From a virus (Duplodnaviria; Heunggongvirae; Uroviricota; Caudoviricetes), in the IMG/VR virus record IMGVR_UViG_2711768011_000016: 45,693 nt of DNA; one strand, 5' to 3'. Position numbers and translations under genes: made by a program. Shown here in pieces: positions 39,101 through 45,693 of this stretch (positions are counted from its first letter, which is position 1; each line of letters starts with the position of its first letter). The notes under the pieces were generated by a model, which was not told the origin of the DNA, did no database searches, and saw only the letters and a list, made by a program, of their open reading frames with translations.

Positions 39101-39566
39101 CGCCAGCGCATCCAGTACGGATTTGGGGACGAAAACCACATCGTCGTTTGATTACGGCACTAAATCCACGAATAACACTGGTGCGCATACCCATAGTTTA
39201 AGTGGCAGCACGAATGCAGCTGGTAATCACAGCCATAGAGATGGCCGTCGATTTAACCCCAGTGTTTTTAAAGATACTTATCAATATGGTTATACAAGCT
39301 CAGGTCAAAATACCTGGGGTGTACAAGGCTCAGTAGGTATGTCTACGGGGTGGTTAGCGAATACCAGTACAGATGGTAATCATAGCCACTCACTGTCCGG
39401 CACAGCAGCATCTGCAGGTGCACACGCGCATACTGTCGGTATTGGTGCTCATACGCACTCCGTTGCGATTGGTTCACATGGACATACCATCACCGTTAAC
39501 GCTGCGGGTAACGCGGAAAACACCGTCAAAAACATCGCATTTAACTATATTGTGAGGCTTGCATAA
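36168..39566 (+). CDS. stf: side tail fibre protein Stf
   Basis: [27 protein letters not shown]-terminus, Ala/Ser/Thr-rich tail-fibre repeats (AAKTSETNA x4), C-terminal HxH repeats. Confidence 0.85.
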   Translation: MAVKISGVLKDGTGKPVQNCTIQLKAKRNSTTVVVNTLASENPDEAGRYSMDVEYGQYSVILLVEGFPPSHAGTITVYEDSRPGTLNDFLGAMTEDDARPEALRRFELMVEEVARNASAVAQNTAAAKKSASDASTSAREAATRATDAAGSARAASTSAGQAASSAQSASSSAGTASAKATEASKSAAAAESSKSAAATSAGAAKTSETNAAASQQSAATSASTATTKASEAATSARDASASKEAAKLSETSAASSASNAASSATAAGNSAKAAKTSETNAKSSETAAAQSASAAAGSKTAAASSASAASTSAGQASASASAAGKSAESAASSASTATTKAGEATEQASAAARSASAAKTSETNAKASETSAESSKTAAASSASSAASSASSASASKDEATRQASAAKGSATTASTKATEAAGSATAAAQSKSTAESAATRAETAAKRAEDIASAVALEDASTTKKGIVQLSSATNSTSETLAATPKAVKAANDNAEKRLQKDQNGADIPDKGRFLNNINAVSKTDFADKRGMRYVRVNAPAGATSGKYYPVVVMRSAGSVSELASRVIITTATRIAGDPMNNCEFNGFVMPGGWTDRGRYAYGMFWQYQNNERAIHSIMMSNKGDDLRSVFYVDGAAFPVFAFLEDGLSISAPGADLVVNDTTYKFGATNPATECIAADVILDFKSGRGFYESHSLIVNDNLSCKKLFATDEIVARGGNQIRMIGGEYGALWRNDGAKTYLLLTNQGDVYGGWNTLRPFVIDNATGELVIGTKLSASLNGNALTATKLQTPRLVSGVEFDGSKDITLTAAHVAAFARRATDTYADADGGVPWNAESGAYNVTRSGNSYILVNFYTGVGSCRTLQMKAHYRNGGLFYRSSRDGYGFEEDWAEVYTSKNLPPESYPVGAPIPWPSDTVPSGYALMQGQTFDKSAYPKLAAVYPSGVIPDMRGWTIKGKPASGRAVLSQEQDGIKSHTHSASASSTDLGTKTTSSFDYGTKSTNNTGAHTHSLSGSTNAAGNHSHRDGRRFNPSVFKDTYQYGYTSSGQNTWGVQGSVGMSTGWLANTSTDGNHSHSLSGTAASAGAHAHTVGIGAHTHSVAIGSHGHTITVNAAGNAENTVKNIAFNYIVRLA

Positions 39567-40143
39567 TGGCATTCAGAATGAGTGAACAACCACGGACCAT
39601 AAAAATTTATAATCTGCTGACCGGAACTAATGAATTTATTGGTGAAGGTGACGCATATATTCCGCCTCATACAGGTCTGCCAGCAAACAGTACCTATATT
39701 GCACCGCCAGATATTCCGGCTGGCTTTGTGGCTGTTTTCAACAGTGATGAGGCATCGTGGCATCTCGTTGAAGACCATCGGGGTAAAACGGTTTATGACG
39801 TAGCGTCAGGGGACGCGTTATTTATTTCTGAACTCGGTCCGTTACCGGAAAATGTTACCTGGTTATCCCCGGAAGGGGAGTTTCAGAAGTGGAACGGCAC
39901 AGCCTGGGTGAAGGATACGGAAGCAGAAAAACTGTTCCGGATCCGGGAGGCGGAAGAAACAAAAAACAGCCTGATGCAGGTAGCCAGTGAGCATATAGCG
40001 CCACTTCAGGATGCTGTAGATCTGGAGATCGCAACGGAGGAAGAAAACTCGTTGCTGGAAGCCTGGAAGAAGTATCGGGTGTTGCTGAACCGTGTTGATA
40101 CATCAACTGCACCTGATATTGAGTGGCCTGCGGTCCCTGTTAT
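39566..40143 (+). CDS. tfa: tail fibre assembly protein Tfa (3' end lost in gap)
   Basis: Start overlaps the stf stop (TAATG); 192 codons read before the N run. Confidence 0.8.
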
Positions 40144-40555
40144 NNNNNNNNNNNNNNNNNNNNNNNNNNNNNNNNNNNNNNNNNNNNNNNNNNNNNNNNN
40201 NNNNNNNNNNNNNNNNNNNNNNNNNNNNNNNNNNNNNNNNNNNNNNNNNNNNNNNNNNNNNNNNNNNNNNNNNNNNNNNNNNNNNNNNNNNNNNNNNNNN
40301 NNNNNNNNNNNNNNNNNNNNNNNNNNNNNNNNNNNNNNNNNNNNNNNNNNNNNNNNNNNNNNNNNNNNNNNNNNNNNNNNNNNNNNNNNNNNNNNNNNNN
40401 NNNNNNNNNNNNNNNNNNNNNNNNNNNNNNNNNNNNNNNNNNNNNNNNNNNNNNNNNNNNNNNNNNNNNNNNNNNNNNNNNNNNNNNNNNNNNNNNNNNN
40501 NNNNNNNNNNNNNNNNNNNNNNNNNNNNNNNNNNNNNNNNNNNNNNNNNNNNNNN
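40144..40555. other. assembly gap (run of N)
   Basis: Contiguous N characters. Confidence 1.
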
Positions 40556-40601
40556 TTGTGATATGCCGCAGCAACTTGTCATGGCAGGATACTGCGGCTG
40601 A
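40556..40601 (+). CDS. 3' end of an unidentified CDS interrupted by the gap
   Basis: Open frame reading ...CDMPQQLVMAGYCG then TGA; the stop sits inside a hairpin (gccgcag ... ctgcggc). Confidence 0.25.
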
Positions 40602-40662
40602 TTTGTGAATTTAAATAGTGTGTTTATTGCTTTATATATAAAGGATTTAATGGATTACATAT

Positions 40663-42033
40663 CTATGATATCCCTGAAATGTCCTCTTCAAGCTCTTTTA
40701 CTGATTTCGCAATTTTAAATTTAAATTTTCTCTCTATTTCACTATTGCTAAGTTTTTTTTCATTCTCTTTCCCTATCCACATAGAAACAATTTCTCGTTT
40801 CTGAGATATATGTAGATTGTCAAAGTTAGGTATGTATTTAAAAGTCTCCGCTCTACCCCTGCGGAGTTCATAGAAAGTTTTAATCAAAGACTTTGGTTTT
40901 ATTTCTGATGAAAGGCCGAATCGGCGGATAAGATTATTGATCGTATGATTAACAGCTCGAAGTTGAGCTGTTGACGTTATTTGTGAGAAGTACGATACCC
41001 ATCCCAATCGTTTACCTTCAAACACACATCCCGTAATTCTAAGATTTAGTTTCCACTGACAATATGCAACAGCTCGTTCTTTATCGCGCTTATTTTTAGC
41101 TTGTAGTAGAGCGTGTCTATATGCAGTAAAAATTTTTGCTAAGGATGACTCAAATCTAAGAATGCTCTCATGTTTTATCAATAATTCTCGATTTTTTATG
41201 TGGTAGCCCAAAAAGTTGAAACTTTCATCCAAGCTGCCTACTTTGGATTTTGAGTTCTCTTCATTTAATGGATGTGGGTTTAAATTTAATGATTGAAGCT
41301 TATCAATGATATGAGAAGCTATTTTTGTTGCTTGATATTTTGGTGTTAAAATAAGAATGTCATCAACGTATCGCATGTACCATATGTCATGCATTTTATT
41401 GATTTCATCATCGAAATTAGATAGTGATATTTCAGCTAAAATGTTTGATATCGCTAATCCCTGAGGTACTCCTCTGGTATTATTAGGGATACCTTTGCTT
41501 CCTGTGGTTCCACTTACAGTAGGCACGATTAATGATGATGTTATTAACTGTCTAATTTCTTTTTTTCTAATTTTATTTTTTATTGCATTAATTATCAATT
41601 TATGTTCAATTGAAGGATAGAAACTTTTAAGATCTATTTTTGCATATTCAGCATATAGACTGTTGTTTAATGCTTCTTTCAATGAGTCAATTACTGTATG
41701 TGGTAGTTTTAATCTGGACTTAGGATATATTTCCGTAAGGCATTCACAGAGAGCTCTAAGAGTAATTCTGTCCCTAGCAGTTGGTATGGAAATCTGTCTG
41801 GGTGTAGAGTTAGCGCCTTTAGATATTAATTTTTCTTTATATGCTGTAAATTTGTAATTGCCAGAATTAACCTTTTCAAAAATGAAAGTGATCTCATTTT
41901 TTATTGTCAAATCAAGTTTTGATGGGCGAATCCGATCTATGCCAATCGCTCCTGATTCTTTGATTTTTTCAGAGTATACTTTTAGAAGATTTTTTTTCGA
42001 GAATGACTTTTTAAAAATTCTGCTTGCAGTCAT
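40663..42033 (-). CDS. reverse transcriptase (defence-associated, UG/Abi- or retron-like; family unassigned)
   Basis: RT motifs readable in the translation: RQISIPTARDRITLRAL, IDLKSFYPSI, GVPQGLAISNILAEI, YMRYVDDILIL (YVDD), FLGYHI; about 200-aa C-terminal extension; visibly AT-rich; first ATG at 42033 (TTG at 42039). Confidence 0.8.
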   Translation of the reverse strand: MTASRIFKKSFSKKNLLKVYSEKIKESGAIGIDRIRPSKLDLTIKNEITFIFEKVNSGNYKFTAYKEKLISKGANSTPRQISIPTARDRITLRALCECLTEIYPKSRLKLPHTVIDSLKEALNNSLYAEYAKIDLKSFYPSIEHKLIINAIKNKIRKKEIRQLITSSLIVPTVSGTTGSKGIPNNTRGVPQGLAISNILAEISLSNFDDEINKMHDIWYMRYVDDILILTPKYQATKIASHIIDKLQSLNLNPHPLNEENSKSKVGSLDESFNFLGYHIKNRELLIKHESILRFESSLAKIFTAYRHALLQAKNKRDKERAVAYCQWKLNLRITGCVFEGKRLGWVSYFSQITSTAQLRAVNHTINNLIRRFGLSSEIKPKSLIKTFYELRRGRAETFKYIPNFDNLHISQKREIVSMWIGKENEKKLSNSEIERKFKFKIAKSVKELEEDISGIS

Positions 42034-42562
42034 AGTCAATCCAAAGATATATTAATGGGAGTATATAAAGTGCGGCAGTAATAAATATTCGAAGTAATAT
42101 CCATAAAATAACAATTATTTTTTCTTTTTGTGTGGGGATCCTCGTCTTAAGTCCAACTTGAGTTACCCTTGAAATTTTATCATCTATGTCACGGTGATTC
42201 TCAACCTCATTGAGCAAATTAAAATATTTTTCTTTCTGTTCAAGAGATAACTGTTGACTGGTGGTAATGTCAAAATAGAGTCGCTGTAGTGCAATATAAT
42301 TCCTTCTCATGGCTATTGCTCGACCACGAAAATCTAGGTTAGATACGATCAGAGAAATACCCAGTAGAGCCACTGAAAGTATCGCCGCAACGACATCTGT
42401 ATTATCTCCTAGAACCTTTGGAAATCGCAACGTTACAATTGAAAGTACCGCACTCAATATAGCATACCAAACGAGGATAAATTGAGAGTGTTTTTCAAGC
42501 CATTCTAGTCGATGGTGCGCTTGGATACGTGCTTTATATGTAAACCAAATATTGTCATGCAT
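42011..42562 (-). CDS. multi-pass membrane protein, SLATT-like (putative effector partner of the RT)
   Basis: 183 aa with at least two hydrophobic helices after a short basic N-terminus and another near the C-terminus; 3' end overlaps the RT start. Confidence 0.55.
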   Translation of the reverse strand: MHDNIWFTYKARIQAHHRLEWLEKHSQFILVWYAILSAVLSIVTLRFPKVLGDNTDVVAAILSVALLGISLIVSNLDFRGRAIAMRRNYIALQRLYFDITTSQQLSLEQKEKYFNLLNEVENHRDIDDKISRVTQVGLKTRIPTQKEKIIVILWILLRIFITAALYILPLIYLWIDYDCKQNF

Positions 42563-42784
42563 AAAAGATCCTTTTTAAAAGCGGAAGGGGCAGGATATAT
42601 TGGAACCGTTGAACATCCTGCCCGGCAGGATCAGTGAGCATAAGCTCAACAGTAAAATATTACTGTTCATTATCAGAGCCGCCCTTGCATGCGCAAGAGG
42701 AAAAACCTGCCCCATCCCTTTGAATTATTACAATTTAATGATCTTAAAGTCAATACAAGTGAATGGTGTCCAGAGATGATGAAC

Positions 42785-43033
42785 TTAATGAACAAACCAC
42801 TCGTCAGCAGACTCCCAGGTATCTTTCAGAGTCTCCTGAACAAAAGTTTTAGCTGAATCTTTATCAGCGGTGCGCGTAACAGAAAGGCCATCGTTGCTGG
42901 TGGCTTTTACGATCACTTCTACATCGTCATAACGTTTACTGATGCGTCGGGTTAATTCTTCCTTTAACGCATCCACAGCACCGGTTGGCATTTTAGTCAT
43001 TTTTTCTTTGGCTATGCAGATTTCAATACGCAT
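42785..43033 (-). CDS. dinI: DinI-like SOS-inducible protein
   Basis: 82 aa; MRIEICIAK ... [15 protein letters not shown] matches the DinI family end to end. Confidence 0.75.
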   Translation of the reverse strand: MRIEICIAKEKMTKMPTGAVDALKEELTRRISKRYDDVEVIVKATSNDGLSVTRTADKDSAKTFVQETLKDTWESADEWFVH

Positions 43034-43045
43034 AAAAGTCCCCTA

Positions 43046-43098
43046 CACTGTATTTGTATACAGTATTATTTTTAACTGTATGGATAAACAGTGTCAAG
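43046..43098 (-). promoter_or_regulatory. SOS promoter with two LexA boxes upstream of the dinI-like gene
   Basis: CTGT-N8-ACAG boxes at 43046-43065 and 43074-43093; on the minus strand TTGACA-17nt-TAAAAT with the boxes in the spacer and just downstream of the -10. Confidence 0.7.
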
Positions 43099-44191
43099 AG
43101 GTCTTATTTCTGCTCCTTTGGAGTTCTTCAAAACGATTATGTAAAGATTTCGGATACAGTTCGGTATATACCTGCCATAGCACGTTTAATGAACGATGCC
43201 CTGTAACCTGAGCGACTTCCTCAATACTAAAACCAGCCTCAAATAAGCGACTTGCCCCTTCTCTACGCAAATCATGGTATCTCAGATCTTTAATACCTAA
43301 TTTGCTTCTTACCCTCTGAAATCCTGCGGTAACAGAAGTGCTGTTATATGGAAAAATGAATTCTGATTTTTTGGGTTGTCGCTGGACGATATCCCAGGCT
43401 TCCCCAAGCAAGGCAACTTTCATATGGTTGCCTTCCTTTTTACGTGGATCTTTCCTGTCTCTTACTAGTATAGATTTTTGTTCCTGGTCGAGATCTTCCC
43501 ATCGTAACCGGCATACTTCTCCGATTCGCATACAGGACCACACAGAAAATTTGAGGATATCAACGAACGGAATTTTTGAGCATTTATGAGTAGATCGTTG
43601 TTGAAGGCCTTCAATGAGCATGTTCAGTTCATCAGATGCTGGTCTACGATTACGACGGTTTGATTTACCAATCAAACCGAGTTTAAGTAGATATGGACGA
43701 GCGCTTTTCGCCGGGTTTGATGTGTAATTGATTCCGTATACAGGTTTTGCCGCATCCAGAACACTGCCAAGATAACTAACATCGTGGCTGACTGTTGCTG
43801 GGCCTGCACCAGCGTTGTTTCTTAGCCTGCAATGTTCAATTACGTCATTTTCTGTCAGTTCAGATAGTTTGATCGCGGAGATGTCACTATCCATAAGCAG
43901 TTCCAGCACATATCTTTTAGTACGGCCTGCTTTACCTCCGGCATTTGGGTCATTTAAATATTTGTGTAGTAAGTCACGGACTGTAAGTCCGTCAACAGCA
44001 TTTGATGATGGAATGCCATATAGATCTAATTCCATCACTTTCTGTGCGCCCCATGTTTTGGCATGAGCATGTTTAGGGAATGTTTTGCTTTCCCTGTAAG
44101 TGATAACACCTTTTTCTTTGATAATCACATTACAGCGATAGCGTGGTGTGCCATCGGATTTTAGTCGTTTCTCTATGTTATAGTACGCCAT
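43094..44191 (-). CDS. int: tyrosine integrase (dusA-associated phage integrase)
   Basis: 365 aa with the C-terminal catalytic region (HDLRR ... LNVLWQVY); GAGG RBS; directly abuts the 5' end of dusA. Confidence 0.85.
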   Translation of the reverse strand: MAYYNIEKRLKSDGTPRYRCNVIIKEKGVITYRESKTFPKHAHAKTWGAQKVMELDLYGIPSSNAVDGLTVRDLLHKYLNDPNAGGKAGRTKRYVLELLMDSDISAIKLSELTENDVIEHCRLRNNAGAGPATVSHDVSYLGSVLDAAKPVYGINYTSNPAKSARPYLLKLGLIGKSNRRNRRPASDELNMLIEGLQQRSTHKCSKIPFVDILKFSVWSCMRIGEVCRLRWEDLDQEQKSILVRDRKDPRKKEGNHMKVALLGEAWDIVQRQPKKSEFIFPYNSTSVTAGFQRVRSKLGIKDLRYHDLRREGASRLFEAGFSIEEVAQVTGHRSLNVLWQVYTELYPKSLHNRFEELQRSRNKTS

Positions 44192-44279
44192 TACACGACC
44201 TCGTTATTTCGGGTTCCCATAAAGCGTGGGAACCTGTGCGGGAACCTAACGCGAGAAAAATAGCCTGAAATGTTCAAAA

Positions 44280-45317
44280 ATGCACGATAATCCTGAAACA
44301 CAGAAAACTAATCAAACCAGCGTGATGCCTGAAAAAACTGGCGCTTACTGGAGTTCTCGGTTTAGCATTGCTCCTATGCTCGACTGGACGGACAGACATT
44401 GCCGCTATTTCTTGCGTCTGCTTTCCCGCAATACGTTGCTGTATACCGAAATGGTGACCACAGGGGCGATTATTCACGGTAAAGGTGATTACCTGGCGTA
44501 CAGTGAAGAAGAACATCCGGTAGCGTTGCAACTCGGCGGTAGCGATCCGGCGGCGCTGGCACAGTGTGCGAAGCTGGCAGAAGCGCGTGGATATGATGAG
44601 ATCAACCTGAATGTCGGCTGCCCGTCTGACCGGGTGCAGAACGGCATGTTTGGTGCGTGTCTGATGGGTAATGCGCAGCTGGTTGCCGACTGCGTGAAAG
44701 CGATGCGCGATGTGGTGTCGATTCCAGTGACGGTGAAAACGCGTATTGGCATCGATGACCAGGACAGCTATGAATTTCTCTGCGATTTCATCAACACCGT
44801 TTCCGGCAAAGGCGAGTGTGAGATGTTTATCATCCACGCACGTAAAGCCTGGCTTTCGGGGTTAAGCCCGAAAGAAAACCGTGAAATCCCGCCACTCGAT
44901 TATCCGCGTGTGTATCAACTGAAGCGTGACTTTCCGCATCTGACAATGTCGATTAACGGTGGTATCAAGTCGCTGGAAGAGGCCAAAGCACACCTGCAAC
45001 ATATGGATGGCGTGATGGTCGGGCGCGAGGCGTATCAGAATCCGGGTATTCTGGCGGCGGTAGACCGGGAGATCTTTGGTTCCTCGGATACCGATGCCGA
45101 TCCGGTGGCGGTAGTGCGCGCCATGTATCCGTACATTGAGCGTGAACTCAGCCAGGGGACGTATCTCGGCCATATTACCCGGCATATGTTGGGCTTGTTC
45201 CAGGGTATTCCTGGCGCGCGGCAGTGGCGGCGTTATTTAAGTGAAAATGCCCATAAAGCGGGTGCAGACATTAATGTGCTGGAACACGCGCTCAAACTGG
45301 TGGCGGATAAGCGTTAA
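44280..45317 (+). CDS. dusA: tRNA-dihydrouridine synthase A (host gene, 5' end likely prophage-derived)
   Basis: 345-aa ORF; from about residue 30 onward it matches E. coli DusA as I recall it ([16 protein letters not shown] ...). Confidence 0.9.
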   Translation: MHDNPETQKTNQTSVMPEKTGAYWSSRFSIAPMLDWTDRHCRYFLRLLSRNTLLYTEMVTTGAIIHGKGDYLAYSEEEHPVALQLGGSDPAALAQCAKLAEARGYDEINLNVGCPSDRVQNGMFGACLMGNAQLVADCVKAMRDVVSIPVTVKTRIGIDDQDSYEFLCDFINTVSGKGECEMFIIHARKAWLSGLSPKENREIPPLDYPRVYQLKRDFPHLTMSINGGIKSLEEAKAHLQHMDGVMVGREAYQNPGILAAVDREIFGSSDTDADPVAVVRAMYPYIERELSQGTYLGHITRHMLGLFQGIPGARQWRRYLSENAHKAGADINVLEHALKLVADKR

Positions 45318-45399
45318 CTTTTCACCAAAAAGTAGTCAAATTCACCACGCCCTGCGCACCGTCGCGGGGCGTTTTGCTGTTAAATCAATAGATTATTTT

Positions 45400-45416
45400 T
45401 GGCATGATTCTTGTAA
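45400..45416 (+). promoter_or_regulatory. candidate sigma-54 (-24/-12) promoter of pspG
   Basis: TGGCATGATTCTTGTAA resembles TGGCAC-N5-TTGCA, about 35 nt upstream of the pspG start. Confidence 0.4.
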
Positions 45417-45450
45417 TGCCAGCAAGAGATTTCATATTTGGGAGAGCATC

Positions 45451-45693
45451 ATGCTGGAACTACTTTTTGTGATTGGCTTTTTTGTCATGCTGATGGTCAC
45501 CGGCGTTTCGTTGCTGGGCATTATCGCCGCGCTGGTTGTGGCGACGGCCATTATGTTCCTCGGCGGTATGCTGGCATTGATGATTAAGTTGCTGCCGTGG
45601 TTACTACTGGCGATTGCGGTGGTGTGGGTTATTAAGGCGATTAAAGCACCAAAAGTGCCGAAATATCAGCGTTATGACCGCTGGCGTTACTAA
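45451..45693 (+). CDS. pspG: phage shock protein G
   Basis: 80-aa very hydrophobic protein (MLELLFVIGFFVMLMVTGVSLLGIIAALVV ...) with GGAGAG RBS, downstream of dusA as in E. coli. Confidence 0.85.
   Translation: MLELLFVIGFFVMLMVTGVSLLGIIAALVVATAIMFLGGMLALMIKLLPWLLLAIAVVWVIKAIKAPKVPKYQRYDRWRY

Noticed and set aside
40663-42039. Reverse transcriptase as a group II intron or retrotransposon remnant
   Set aside because: No intron RNA domain structure, maturase or endonuclease context, or terminal repeats around it; instead it overlaps a small membrane-protein gene in a prophage hotspot.

Overview
The window is most of a lambdoid prophage integrated next to the 5' end of dusA, with the host genes dusA and pspG at the right edge. 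Reading left to right: a plus-strand Panacea-like gene pair; leftward early genes (PrtN-like, an AT-rich membrane protein, YfdQ/YfdP-like); a cI/cro switch with GGTAC-core operators; an O-like replication gene carrying iterons; Dam-like methyltransferase, RusA, KilA-N, DUF968 and Q with a late promoter and terminator; a lipoprotein moron and a second methyltransferase; a phage-21-type lysis cassette (pinholin, SAR endolysin, Rz/Rz1); a lambda-like cos site, terminase, portal and a fused protease-capsid gene; a lambda-like tail module (Z to J), lom, stf and tfa. Between tfa and the integrase lies a visibly AT-rich island encoding a reverse transcriptase overlapped by a small multi-pass membrane protein, next to a dinI-like gene with two LexA boxes. 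This RT plus membrane-protein pair is the strongest candidate for an uncharacterised anti-phage defence module. Two N runs (14913-15220 and 40144-40555) are assembly gaps that truncate the holin and tfa. All calls rest on reading the ORF translations and the DNA by eye; no database search was run.
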